NCBI GenBank assembly: GCA_965248255.1
Contig: CBDFIW010000003.1
Coordinates: 1,088,193 to 1,152,192, forward strand
Source of the DNA: Bryobacterales bacterium
GTDB taxonomy: Bacteria > Acidobacteriota > Terriglobia > Bryobacterales > UBA6623
Length of the DNA stretch: 64,000 bases
Direction of reading: 5' to 3'
Part shown: positions 50,252-59,698 of the stretch, piece after piece
Numbering within the stretch: position 1 is the first letter of the stretch
Layout: each line of letters opens with the position of its first letter
Notes under the pieces: generated by a model
The model's input: the letters and a program-made list of their open reading frames with translations, nothing else
What the model was told of the DNA's origin: nothing
Database searches by the model: none
Program-made: the position numbers and the translations under genes

Positions 50252-51376
50252 CTACTCCTTTTCAGAACCTTCTTCTTCCTGCTGCTGACGATTCGCACCG
50301 CGCCGCGCATCGGGCTCCGTATCCAACTTGCTCTCACCCTCGATCGTCTGCACCGACACGCCGGCGGTGGGTTCAACCTCGATCTTGGTCTCGCCGACAC
50401 CGATCGGCGCGCTGGGCATCAGAGCCGTCATGGTCGGTTCGCCGGTCTTAGCGGCGTTCCCGACGGCGGGGCCGGTCCCGAAGACGCCGAACATGCTCCG
50501 GTACAGGCTCTTGGTCGTGCGGTGCTCCAGGTTGTATTTCATCAGCTCGAAGCGAGCCGGGTCAGGCTCGGGAACGGGTCGGCTGGCGGCAACCAGCTTC
50601 TCCCTGGCCTGGTCGACGTACGGACTCAGAGGGTAGTCCCTCACGAGCCTGGAATAGGCCTGGTAGCTGTCGTCGGCGTAGTCGTCACCCAGCTTCTCGT
50701 AAACGTCGCCCAGAATCCACAGCGCTTCATCACTGCGGCTGAAGAGCGGGTAGTGCTCGGCGACGGCTTGCAAGCGGTTCGCCCCGGCGCGATAGCTGCC
50801 CTTCTTGGCATAGAAGCTGCCGACACGGAACTCGGCGTCGGCCAGCACTTCCTGCACCTCGCGCAACATCTGCCGGGTCGGCTCGGTGTGCCGGCTGTTG
50901 GGGTGCTGCATCAGCATGTGACGGCATTCCCGATCCGCCTTCAACGCATGGGTCGGATCGCGATCGGCGCTATGCATCTGGTTGTAGTGGATATTGCAGA
51001 CCTTCATCTGTGACTCGGCGGATTCGTCCATGGTCGGAAAGAACGTGATGAAGTCCTTGTACTCGGCCTCGGCCTGCGCCAGCGCGTGAGACGTCCCCTC
51101 GCGGTACCAGCTATCAGCGATGGCCAGCTTGGCCTTCGCCATGTACTCGCTGTCCGGATACGTGTTGATCAGCGTATTGAGGGTCAGGCGCGCGATCTGA
51201 TACTTCTTCTTTTCGAGATCGTTGATCGCCTTATCGAAGAGAATCTTGTCCGGCTGCTGTGAGTTGGTGCCGATCGGGTTTTCATAGTCTTTGCCCCGAC
51301 AGCCTGCCAGCAACACAAGGGCCACAACGGCTCCGATGGCGACAACGGTTCGAGTCATCTGGTTCTTCGATTGCAT
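50252..51376 (-). CDS. bamD: outer membrane assembly lipoprotein BamD/YfiO-like (TPR)
   Basis: Lipobox LLAGC. Also YQIARLTLNTLINTYPDSEY, AEFRVGSFYAKKGSYRAGANRL, and a long Glu/Gln-rich C-terminal tail. Confidence 0.65.
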   Translation of the reverse strand: MQSKNQMTRTVVAIGAVVALVLLAGCRGKDYENPIGTNSQQPDKILFDKAINDLEKKKYQIARLTLNTLINTYPDSEYMAKAKLAIADSWYREGTSHALAQAEAEYKDFITFFPTMDESAESQMKVCNIHYNQMHSADRDPTHALKADRECRHMLMQHPNSRHTEPTRQMLREVQEVLADAEFRVGSFYAKKGSYRAGANRLQAVAEHYPLFSRSDEALWILGDVYEKLGDDYADDSYQAYSRLVRDYPLSPYVDQAREKLVAASRPVPEPDPARFELMKYNLEHRTTKSLYRSMFGVFGTGPAVGNAAKTGEPTMTALMPSAPIGVGETKIEVEPTAGVSVQTIEGESKLDTEPDARRGANRQQQEEEGSEKE

Positions 51377-51385
51377 AAGGGTTCC

Positions 51386-52060
51386 TCACGCACGCAACAG
51401 TTGGGCCTCTTCGGCCCTCTGCCGCATGGTCTCCACGGCCGCCGTCGCGTCCGGGGTGCCGAAAATACTTGACCCGGCCACCACGATATCACAGCCGGAC
51501 TGAATAATCGAAGCCAGGTTGTCCAGGTTGACGCCGCCGTCGATCTCGATGCGGTAGTCCAACCCTCGCTGCCGACGAATGCCGTTCAAGCTCTGGATCT
51601 TGCCCAGGCTCGATGAGATGAAGCTCTGTCCCCCGAAGCCCGGATTCACACTCATCACGAGCACGAAGTCGACGAACTCGAGAATATCGTCCAAGCTCGC
51701 CACCGGCGTTGCCGGATTGATGACCACGCCCGCCAGAACGTCGTGGCTGCGAATGAGCTGCACACTGCGGCTGAGATGCGGGCAGGCTTCCTGGTGGACG
51801 GAGATCATGCCGGCACCCGCCTCTACGAACGCGGGGATGTAACGGTCCGGCTCTTCGATCATCAGATGGCAGTCGAGCAGCAAGTCAGTCGTCGCGCTCA
51901 GGCTGCTGACCACCGGCGGCCCGATAGTGATGTTGGGCACGAAATGCCCATCCATCACGTCCACGTGGATCATGGACACGCCGCCTCTCCTGACGGCCTC
52001 GATCTCCCGGTCGAGCCGTGCAAAATCAGCCGCGAGGATGGAGGGTGCGATCTCAACCAT
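51386..52060 (-). CDS. rpe: ribulose-phosphate 3-epimerase
   Basis: IAPSILAADFARL, HVDVMDGHFVPNITIGP, VMSVNPGFGGQ. Confidence 0.9.
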   Translation of the reverse strand: MVEIAPSILAADFARLDREIEAVRRGGVSMIHVDVMDGHFVPNITIGPPVVSSLSATTDLLLDCHLMIEEPDRYIPAFVEAGAGMISVHQEACPHLSRSVQLIRSHDVLAGVVINPATPVASLDDILEFVDFVLVMSVNPGFGGQSFISSSLGKIQSLNGIRRQRGLDYRIEIDGGVNLDNLASIIQSGCDIVVAGSSIFGTPDATAAVETMRQRAEEAQLLRA

Positions 52061-52224
52061 GGCGGGAAGGGGGTTTAAGCAAGAGCCGGTGGACGGAGTT
52101 GAGCCTAAGACTCATTTTATCAAAGGCAGCGACAGACCCTGGTGTCGGTAGTGTCGGAGGAGGTTCGGAGGTCCCGAATCCGTTCATAAAATCCAGCCCG
52201 TCATCCTGACACGTTGTCATTAAC

Positions 52225-52306
52225 GCTACCGAGGCGTGGACAGGAGTCCACGCGCCAAGACCTTCGGACAGCGCTGAGCGTGGACTCCCGTCCACGCCTC
52301 GGTAGC
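52225..52306. repeat. inverted doublet of a 29-nt unit (GCTACCGAGGCGTGGACAGGAGTCCACGC)
   Basis: 52225-52253 and 52278-52306 are reverse complements with 1 mismatch. Each arm itself contains a GCGTGGAC/GTCCACGC hairpin. Located in the rsmB-rpe intergenic region. Confidence 0.85.
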
Positions 52307-52410
52307 GGGGCTCCCACGTCTGCGCCTGTTCCGAAACGGCTGTCCTGTGGTCGGGGGTTGGTTGGGCCGACCTTGGCCGCTTTGAGCCATTCTCGATCGC
52401 TAGGTGCGGC

Positions 52411-53655
52411 TCAGCCCATGCGAACAATCCGGCACGCAAAGAACCCATCACTCTCCTCCCGGCCAGGCACTCTTTCTAGATACGCATCGGTGGCCAAGTG
52501 GGTTCTCTCACGAAGCACGGCCTCAATCACCTGCCGGTTCTCTTCCGGCTCCAGCGAGCAGGTCGAATACACCACAATCCCGTCAGGGGCAAGCGCGTCC
52601 AGAGCACGGTCGAGCATGGTCTTCTGTTTCCCAGCGAGATCCGCCAAGTCCTTTGGCCTGAGCCGCCACTTGATCTCGGGATTCCGTGCCAGCGTGCCGG
52701 TCCCTGAGCAGGGGGCATCAACGAGTATGCGGTCGAACGGCACGCGGAAAGGCAGGTCCGCCTCGCCGTCCAGCACCACCAACGAGACCGGGCACGTTTC
52801 GAGCCGGCGCATGGTGCCGAGGCGATGCATGTGGCAGTCGGCGGCGACGGCGCGAAAGTTAGGAGCGGCCGTCTCCAGTGCCTGATAGGTCTTGCCACCG
52901 GGTGCGGCACAGACGTCCAGAAAACGCTGCCCCGGGGCCAAATCTAATAGGGGAATGATGGTTTGCGACCCCAGATCCTGGATGCGTATCCGACCTTCGC
53001 GGAAGCATCCGGTAGCGGCGGGCCGCCCCGACAGCACGCGGCGGCATGTGGGGACCTCGGTGGGTTGGGTTTCAACCCCTTCCTGGGCGAGCTGCTCCAG
53101 GGTCTCCTCAGCCGGGAAACGGAAGTTCAGCCGAAGGTAGGTTTGGGGAAGCGCCTGGTCAAACTGCAAAATCCCCTTCGTGGTGTCCTCGCCGTAGGTC
53201 TGTCGCCAGCGCTCGACGAGCCAGGCTGGGTGGGCCAGTTCCTGCTCGCGGTCTTCGGGCCCGCGGTCAGGAAGGCGACGCAGCACCGCGTTGACCAGCC
53301 CCATGGCAGATCGTTTTCGGGCTTGTTTGACGAGCTCGACGCTTTCCGACACCGCAGCCCGAGCCGGAACCCTCTCCAGATAGCGAAGCTGGTAGGCCCC
53401 GATTCGCAACGCGATCAGGACCTCCGGGTCGAGCTTCTCGGCCGGGCGCCGAGCGGCCCGCGTCAACAGATCGTCCAGCGCACCTTGCCAGCGCAGGCTG
53501 CCGAGCACGATCTCGGTTGCGAGAGCGCGGTCACGTGCGCTCATTTCCCCCAGTTCCACGGACGCGTGCAGCAGTTCGGACGAGTAGCCGCGGTCGGTCT
53601 CCACCCGCTTCAGTACTCGGTAGGCGGCACGGCGCGCCGGTGAGACTCCCATCAA
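52411..53655 (-). CDS. rsmB: 16S rRNA (cytosine-C5)-methyltransferase RsmB/Sun
   Basis: NusB-like N-terminal part (NAVLRRL). FLDVCAAPGGKT, DRILVDAPCSGTG, VVYSTCSLEPEEN. Confidence 0.85.
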   Translation of the reverse strand: MMGVSPARRAAYRVLKRVETDRGYSSELLHASVELGEMSARDRALATEIVLGSLRWQGALDDLLTRAARRPAEKLDPEVLIALRIGAYQLRYLERVPARAAVSESVELVKQARKRSAMGLVNAVLRRLPDRGPEDREQELAHPAWLVERWRQTYGEDTTKGILQFDQALPQTYLRLNFRFPAEETLEQLAQEGVETQPTEVPTCRRVLSGRPAATGCFREGRIRIQDLGSQTIIPLLDLAPGQRFLDVCAAPGGKTYQALETAAPNFRAVAADCHMHRLGTMRRLETCPVSLVVLDGEADLPFRVPFDRILVDAPCSGTGTLARNPEIKWRLRPKDLADLAGKQKTMLDRALDALAPDGIVVYSTCSLEPEENRQVIEAVLRERTHLATDAYLERVPGREESDGFFACRIVRMG

Positions 53656-53775
53656 CTGGGTACGATAACAGAGCGCGTAACGATGCTATCCCGGCTCGGG
53701 CGTTCGAGGGGCGTCATGTTATAATGCCGCTGAAATAAGGGTCTTACGGCCCTTCAAGCGCTGCCGGAAGGGTCG

Positions 53776-54192
53776 ATGACCGCCGAGGTCGAACTTGTTG
53801 TCACCAGTGATACACGCTGGCTTCGGCTGATCCGCGGAGTTGTCCGTGAGTTCAGTGCCCGTGCCGGTTTGGACTCCAAAACCACCCACGAGGTCATTCT
53901 AGCGATTGACGAAGCGATATCGAACGTCATCAAACATTCGTACAAAGGCGACCCGGGCCAGAAGATCTCTTTGCGGTGCGACCGCGTCGAGGGTGGTATG
54001 GAGGTGGAGGTCAGAGACCAGGGCGAGCCCTTCGACCCGGCCCAGCGCGAGACGCCCCCGCCCGACGAATTGCGATCCGGGGGCCGGGGAGTTTACCTCA
54101 TCCGCTCGGTCATGGACGAGGTCGAGTATTGGCGGGACGGCGCGACCAACTGTGTGCGCATGACGAAGCGGCACCAGCCACACGTGCCCTAA
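53776..54192 (+). CDS. RsbW/SpoIIAB-like anti-sigma-type Ser kinase (HATPase_c)
   Basis: N-box AIDEAISNVIKHSY, DQGEPFD, GGRGVYLI. Confidence 0.75.
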   Translation: MTAEVELVVTSDTRWLRLIRGVVREFSARAGLDSKTTHEVILAIDEAISNVIKHSYKGDPGQKISLRCDRVEGGMEVEVRDQGEPFDPAQRETPPPDELRSGGRGVYLIRSVMDEVEYWRDGATNCVRMTKRHQPHVP

Positions 54193-54534
54193 GTGGCGGA
54201 CTCTATGGAACTCAACGTCAAACGCGAAGGCCAGCGCTCGGTCGTATATGTCTCCGGTGATATTGACCTTCATTCCTCGCCGGAGCTACGGCAGACCGTC
54301 CTTGAGCTTTTCCAGAAGCGCGGCCAGGAGCAGATCATCGTCGACCTGGCCGGCGTACCCTACATCGACAGCTCCGGTATTGCCAGCCTGGTCGAGGGCC
54401 TGCAAGAAGCCCGCAAGAGAAATGGGCGTTTTGTTCTGGTCGGGTTGAACGACGGTCCTCGCCATGTGTTGGAGTTGACCCGCCTACTCAACGTCTTTGA
54501 GGTGGCTGAGAGCGAAGAGGAGGCCGCCGGCTGA
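54193..54534 (+). CDS. STAS-domain protein (anti-sigma-factor antagonist / MlaB-like)
   Basis: Begins at the nucleotide after the kinase stop (GTG at 54193 or ATG at 54205). VDLAGVPYIDSSGIASLV retains the phosphorylatable DSSG serine. Confidence 0.75.
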   Translation: MADSMELNVKREGQRSVVYVSGDIDLHSSPELRQTVLELFQKRGQEQIIVDLAGVPYIDSSGIASLVEGLQEARKRNGRFVLVGLNDGPRHVLELTRLLNVFEVAESEEEAAG

Positions 54535-54609
54535 CCGACCCGGGGGGTCTTGCAGCGCCTCGCCGGGGACGCAGAGTATAGGCTCCTCTCCCGATATCCC
54601 GGCCGAGCC

Positions 54610-55407
54610 ATGTCCATCTTCGCAGCCGTCGGCAAGGGCACGATTGAACGAATTGAGTACGTCGGCGGTCTCACGGTTCAGTTTTACCGCGGGGTCGTGT
54701 CGTCTTGGCGCGCCAATCCTTTCACGGGCAGCAGGCCGCGCTGGCAAACGACCGTCCGGCAGATGGCGGTGGTAGGCGTCCACGCGTTGCCCGTGGTCTG
54801 CTTGATCGCCGCCTGCACGGGTCTGATTATGGCGTTGCAGGGCGGTGCGGAGATGCGCCGCTTCGGCGCCATGCAGTTCGTCATCAATTTGGTGGCGGTT
54901 AGCATGACGCGAGAGTTGGGACCTCTGATCACCGCTATCGTGGTCGTGGGCCGGTCGGGCTCCTCGTTCTCGGCCGAGATCGGAACCATGGTTGTGACCG
55001 AGGAGGTCGATGCGCTGCGCTCGATGGCGCTCGATCCGGTGGAGTTCCTGCTGGTCCCGAAGTACGTCGCCATGCTGCTGATGCTGCCCTGCCTGACCAT
55101 CGCGGCGAACACGGCGGGCATCCTGGCCGGGGGCATCTTCGTCTACTTCACGCTCGACATGGGGCTCTGGTTGTATCTGCGGCAGGTGCTCGAGGTCCTG
55201 GTGCTGCGCGATATCGTTGCCGGGTTGATCAAGAGCCTTGCCTTCGGCACCATCATTGTGCACGTGGGCTGCTTCGAGGGCTTCAGTGTCAGCGGCGGCC
55301 CGGAGGGAGTTGGGCGCGCCACCACTTCGGCCGTGGTCAAGTCGATTTTCCTGGTCGTGCTGGCCGACCTGCTGTTTACCGGGTTCTTCTACTTCTTTTG
55401 GAGATGA
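54610..55407 (+). CDS. mlaE: ABC transporter permease MlaE
   Basis: ATG at 54610. Multi-span permease with ELGPLITAIVVVGRSGSSFSAEIGTM, the MlaE signature. Confidence 0.8.
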   Translation: MSIFAAVGKGTIERIEYVGGLTVQFYRGVVSSWRANPFTGSRPRWQTTVRQMAVVGVHALPVVCLIAACTGLIMALQGGAEMRRFGAMQFVINLVAVSMTRELGPLITAIVVVGRSGSSFSAEIGTMVVTEEVDALRSMALDPVEFLLVPKYVAMLLMLPCLTIAANTAGILAGGIFVYFTLDMGLWLYLRQVLEVLVLRDIVAGLIKSLAFGTIIVHVGCFEGFSVSGGPEGVGRATTSAVVKSIFLVVLADLLFTGFFYFFWR

Positions 55408-56240
55408 GCAACAAGAGCCAAGACGCGGCGGCCTCTCACGAAGGCCAGGCGAACGCTGACGCGGTCATTTCCGTGCAGGACCTGGTTGTCCGCTTCGGCC
55501 CCAAGACAATCCTCAGCGGCGTCAACCTCGATGTCCGGCACGGCGAGACCATGGTGATTATGGGCGGCAGCGGCTCCGGAAAGAGCACTCTGCTACGGCG
55601 CATCATCGGCCTCGACAAACCGACCTCCGGACGTATTTACGTCAAGGGCGTCGACATCACCACTTGTTCCGAGAGGCAACTCAATGAGATCCGGCGTATC
55701 ATGGGGGTTTCGTTCCAGAGCGCGGCGCTGTTCAACTCCATGACGCTGGCCGAAAACGTGGCGCTGCCCCTGCGGGAGCACACCAAGCTGGCCGAGCCCA
55801 CTATCCGGCTCATGACGCGCATGAAGCTCGAGCAAGTCGGCCTGGGTGACGCCGAGGACCTCTACCCCGCCCAGCTCTCCGGAGGCATGCGCAAACGCGC
55901 CTCCGTCGCCCGGGCCGTCGCGATGGATCCCGAGATTCTGCTGTTCGACGAGCCCTCAGCGGGGCTCGATCCGATCATCGCGGCGGAGATCGATTCCTTG
56001 ATCATCGAGTTCAAAAGCGCCTTCAAGATGACCATCGTCGTCGTCACCCACGAGCTGGCCAGCGCGTTTCTGATCGCCGACCGCATGTGCATGCTGCGGC
56101 ACGGCAAGATCCTGGCTGTCGGAACGGCGGATGAGATGCGCCACAGTGATAACCCCAGAATCCGCCAGTTCTTGGACCGCATCCCTGATAAAGTAGCCGG
56201 AGACCACGAGGCCTATCTGAAACGCCTGACGCAGCGCTGA
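55404..56240 (+). CDS. mlaF: ABC transporter ATP-binding protein MlaF
   Basis: ATGA overlap with the mlaE stop. Walker A GGSGSGKST, signature LSGGMRKR, Walker B LLFDEP. Confidence 0.85.
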   Translation: MSNKSQDAAASHEGQANADAVISVQDLVVRFGPKTILSGVNLDVRHGETMVIMGGSGSGKSTLLRRIIGLDKPTSGRIYVKGVDITTCSERQLNEIRRIMGVSFQSAALFNSMTLAENVALPLREHTKLAEPTIRLMTRMKLEQVGLGDAEDLYPAQLSGGMRKRASVARAVAMDPEILLFDEPSAGLDPIIAAEIDSLIIEFKSAFKMTIVVVTHELASAFLIADRMCMLRHGKILAVGTADEMRHSDNPRIRQFLDRIPDKVAGDHEAYLKRLTQR

Positions 56241-56277
56241 TCGGCGGCCCCGCCCAGGACGAAATGGCCAACCAAGC

Positions 56278-57264
56278 ATGAGCAACGAAGCGAAAGTCGG
56301 AATCTTTGTCATCATCGCCCTGATCATCTTCGTGGTGACGTTCCTGTCGGTGGCCAACGTGCAGGTGGCCGGTGAGAAGGTTCGCTACAAGACCTACTTC
56401 CGGTTCGCGGGCGGCTTGGAGTCGGGCCACATGGTTCGGTTCGGCGGCCTCAAGTCGGGTGTCGTGACGGACGTGCGTCCGTGGGAGGACGACTCCACTC
56501 AAATCGAGGTGCTGATGGAGCTTCGCGACGACGTGCCGGTCAACACCAAGTCCCTCGCCAAGGTCAGCTCGTTGAGCGCCCTCGGGCAGAACTACCTCGA
56601 GATCACCTCCGGCGACAACACCGCGCCGCGCATCGAGGCCGACGGGATCATCCCGTCCGCCGAGAGCGCCACGCTCGCCGACGTCACCGAAAAGATCTCC
56701 GCCATCGCCGACACGGCCCAGGTCTTGATGCGCGACGTGCGGCGTGATTTCCACCGCATCACCGAAGACGCCCACGTGTTGCTCGACAACCTCCAGCAGA
56801 TCACCAACGAGAAGAACCAGAAGAGGATCGAAGACCTTCTCGACAACACCAACAGTCTCGTCGCCGACCTCAAACCTCGCATCGCCGACGTGACCGACCA
56901 ACTCAACTCGACGATGCGGAACATCGAGCAGCTCTCCGAGGACTTCCGCGTCGTCGCGAAGACGGCCAACACCACGATCTTGAACGTCAGCCGCACGGTC
57001 GACGAGGTGCGGGATCCCTTGAAGAACGATCTCGAAGAGCTGGAACTCACGCTGAAGACGGCGCGCGAGCTACTCGAAGAAGTGCGGGTCCTCGTGGCGA
57101 TGAACGAAGACGGCATCAACGAATCGGTCGAGAACTTCCGCAATGCCTCCGAGAACGTCGAGCAGCTGACCGACGAGCTGCGCCAACGTCCCTGGAGCCT
57201 CATCCGTGTCAAGCCGAAGGCCGACCGCCAGGTGCCGCTGCCGCCTGGTTCCGGCGGCAACTAG
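56278..57264 (+). CDS. mlaD: MCE-domain protein MlaD-like with coiled-coil tail
   Basis: N-terminal TM segment (VGIFVIIALIIFVV). MCE fold region (GGLESGHMVRFGGLKSGVVTDV). Long helical C-terminus. Confidence 0.75.
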   Translation: MSNEAKVGIFVIIALIIFVVTFLSVANVQVAGEKVRYKTYFRFAGGLESGHMVRFGGLKSGVVTDVRPWEDDSTQIEVLMELRDDVPVNTKSLAKVSSLSALGQNYLEITSGDNTAPRIEADGIIPSAESATLADVTEKISAIADTAQVLMRDVRRDFHRITEDAHVLLDNLQQITNEKNQKRIEDLLDNTNSLVADLKPRIADVTDQLNSTMRNIEQLSEDFRVVAKTANTTILNVSRTVDEVRDPLKNDLEELELTLKTARELLEEVRVLVAMNEDGINESVENFRNASENVEQLTDELRQRPWSLIRVKPKADRQVPLPPGSGGN

Positions 57265-57289
57265 CGGTCGCCGCGAAGTGCAGGCTCTA

Positions 57290-57307
57290 CAGGCTCCGAA
57301 GAGCCTG
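57290..57307 (+). terminator. GC-rich tetraloop hairpin after mlaD
   Basis: CAGGCTC-CGAA-GAGCCTG, 26 nt after the mlaD stop and 7 nt before the intron 5' GUGUG. Confidence 0.45.
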
Positions 57308-57314
57308 GCCGGTT

Positions 57315-59290
57315 GTGTGCCGGGCATGTCTGACAGCTTGGAGGTGAAAGTCCTCTGCACAGCCTGATGGAGGTGAAGTGCTAGGGAAGCGCAAGGGCGT
57401 CGTCGCGAGGCGGGGTCCAGAGGAAGCGTGGAACAAAACCGCGACCTGACGAACAGAAACCGGATAAGAGGCATCTTTGGTCGGACGAGCGGACAACTGA
57501 TCGCGAAGTCCAGTTCCATCAAGGGCCAAGGCTGTAGATTCGGCAGGTGTGCGGCGAAGGCGGTCAGACTTACCCCGGGAGGTCTGCGTTCCGTCCCGCT
57601 GTTTGGGACTGGGGGGAGCCGCGAGGCGACCTGATCGGGGCGCAGAAGTCAGCAGAGGGCATAGTAGGCCATGCAGTCGGCAAGGCTAGTAAGGCACTCC
57701 ACAAGTCGAAAGACGGAGCCAACAGATAGGCCGAACCGAGAACGATGGCCGAAGGCCCGAACGGAAGAGAGCGGCAAGTAAGACTCGCAACTCATGGACG
57801 GCAAGCGGCAGAAAACCCAGCAACGACTGGCCTTCATGGACGAGCCAAAGGGTGAAGCCCCGAGGCGCGCTCGGCAAGGGACCGAACCGTCCGCGGTGAA
57901 GCGGGAATCTGAAAGCCCGGCGCGAGAAGAACGACTGATGGAGGAGGTGTGCGAGCGAAGCAATCCCGTAAAGGCTTGGAAACAAGTTCGGGGTAACAAA
58001 GGGAGTCCGGGTGTTGATGGCAAGACCATCGACGAAACGCTGGACGACCTTCGCAAGCACTGGCCAGCCATCCGGGAACAGTTGCTTCAAGGAACGTACA
58101 AACCGCAACCGGTGCGCAGGGTGGAAATCCCGAAGCCCGGCGGCGGGGTCAGGAAGTTGGGCATCCCTACGGTGCTCGACCGACTGATCCAGCAAGCGGT
58201 CTTGCAGGTTCTGCAGAAGCGCTGGGACCCGACGTTTTCCAACAACAGCTATGGCTTCCGACCGGGACGTTCGGCGCATCAGGCGGTGACTCAGGCGCAA
58301 GCCTACGTCGCCGCAGGCTATCAGTGGGTCGTAGACATCGATCTGGAGAAGTTCTTCGATCGAGTCAACCATGACCTGCTGATGGCTCGTGTCGCCAAAC
58401 GTGTCCCCGACAAGCGATTGCTGAAACTCATCCGGGCGTTTCTAACCGTCGGGGTGATGGACGACGGGCTGGTGAGTCCTGCCGACGAAGGCACGCCACA
58501 AGGCGGACCGTTGTCGCCGTTGTTGTCGAACCTCGTGCTCGGCGATTTGGATCGCGAGTTGGAACGGCGCGGCCATCGCTTCTGCCGCTACGCCGGCGAC
58601 TGTAACATCTACGTTCGCAGTCGCAGGGCGGGGGAACGGGTGATGGCCGGCGTCTGTAAGTTTCTTACAAAGAAACTCCGACTCAAGGTCAACAAATCGA
58701 AGAGTGCGGTGGCTCGACCCAACGATCGGAAGTTCTTAGGCTTTCGCTTGACGACCGGAGCGGAGCCTCAGCGATTGATATCGCCCGAGGCGTTGCAAAG
58801 GTTCCAAGCGCGAGTGCGAGAGCTGACGAGCAGGACGCGCGGGATCAGCATTGAGCGGATGATCGGCTCATTGAGGCCGTATCTGCTCGGCTGGCGGAGC
58901 TACTTTGGCTTCAGCCAAGACCCGCTGGTGTTTCGCAACCTGGATGCGCGGATCCGCCGGAGACTCCGCATGATGACCTGGCGGCAGTGGGGGAATGGGC
59001 CGACCCGATTCGCCAACCTACGGCGATTGGGCGTGCCGCATTATCGTGCGGCCATTGCCGCCGGTTCCGCCACTGGTTTGTGGGCCATGTCGCGGCACGC
59101 GGCTGTCCAGCAAGCGCTGCCCAATGTCTATTTCGATTCGCTCGGCCTTCCCAGATTGTCGGCATCTTCGAACGCTTAACTCCTCCGAACCGCCGTGGTA
59201 CGGGACCCGTATGCCCGGTGGTGTGACAGGGAAAGCTCGCGAGGGCCTACCTATGTCGATCCATCCGTCTACGGTGAGGCCCTCCTTCGT
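57315..59290 (+). mobile_element. group II intron (3' boundary approximate)
   Basis: The 5' end is GTGTGCCGGGCATG (GUGYG consensus). About 480 nt of structured RNA precede the RT/maturase ORF in the domain IV position. A long bulged hairpin (59189-59222) and a further stem (59232-59278) follow the ORF, but I could not place a canonical domain V by eye. Confidence 0.6.
57794..59179 (+). CDS. group II intron reverse transcriptase/maturase (no endonuclease domain), catalytic YADD replaced by YAGD
   Basis: NKGSPGVDG, RRVEIPKPGGGVRKLGIPTVLDRLIQQA, YGFRPGRSAHQA, TPQGGPLSPLLSN, CRYAGDCNIYV, and the X-domain LRPYLLGWRSYFG. Confidence 0.85.
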   Translation: MDGKRQKTQQRLAFMDEPKGEAPRRARQGTEPSAVKRESESPAREERLMEEVCERSNPVKAWKQVRGNKGSPGVDGKTIDETLDDLRKHWPAIREQLLQGTYKPQPVRRVEIPKPGGGVRKLGIPTVLDRLIQQAVLQVLQKRWDPTFSNNSYGFRPGRSAHQAVTQAQAYVAAGYQWVVDIDLEKFFDRVNHDLLMARVAKRVPDKRLLKLIRAFLTVGVMDDGLVSPADEGTPQGGPLSPLLSNLVLGDLDRELERRGHRFCRYAGDCNIYVRSRRAGERVMAGVCKFLTKKLRLKVNKSKSAVARPNDRKFLGFRLTTGAEPQRLISPEALQRFQARVRELTSRTRGISIERMIGSLRPYLLGWRSYFGFSQDPLVFRNLDARIRRRLRMMTWRQWGNGPTRFANLRRLGVPHYRAAIAAGSATGLWAMSRHAAVQQALPNVYFDSLGLPRLSASSNA

Positions 59291-59398
59291 CGTATAGCCC
59301 ACCTGACGGTGCCGAACGACACCTCCGCCATCAATAAGCAAGATCGTGGGTGTACCACTGACCCCAAAGGCGATGAAGCTCTTGCGGAGGGGGTGTAA
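59270..59398 (-). pseudogene. C-terminal remnant (~40 aa) of a TlpA/thioredoxin-like protein
   Basis: ...FIAFGVSGTPTILLIDGGGVVRHRQVGYTTKEGL..., preceded by an in-frame TGA at 59399-59401. Confidence 0.5.
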
Positions 59399-59549
59399 TC
59401 ACTTATCAAAGGACTGTTATCGTCGCTGCCTGGAAATGATCACGGGTCGAGGTGCATCCGGGAGTACACTCCAAGTCTAGGAACGGCCACCCAACAAGTA
59501 GAATTTACCTCCCTGCCGGAGTCAACAGCTATTCGTGCACCAAAGCCGG

Positions 59550-59698
59550 TCATTGCACCCGGGCCGCTTCTATCCGACCTTCCCACGCAGGGTCCAGCTG
59601 AAGCGCTCGACTCCACGCAGCCTCCGCCTCGATGTCTTGACCGAGAGCGTGGTGAGCCTGGCCGAGCAGGAAGAAAGCCCGGGAGTGATCTGGGACTA
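59550..59698 (-). pseudogene. TPR protein, C-terminal part (interrupted by the second IS630-family element)
   Basis: ...VPDHSRAFFLLGQAHHALGQDIEAEAAWSRALQLDPAW...* is in frame with 60863.. once the IS and one TA are removed. Confidence 0.7.

Noticed and set aside
49753-50451. A 232-aa plus-strand ORF spanning the response-regulator/bamD intergenic region.
   Set aside because: It overlaps the ends of two well-supported minus-strand genes. Its translation is low complexity and Ser/Arg/Pro-rich, and it is built partly from the repeated TGTGAAAAAA motif array.
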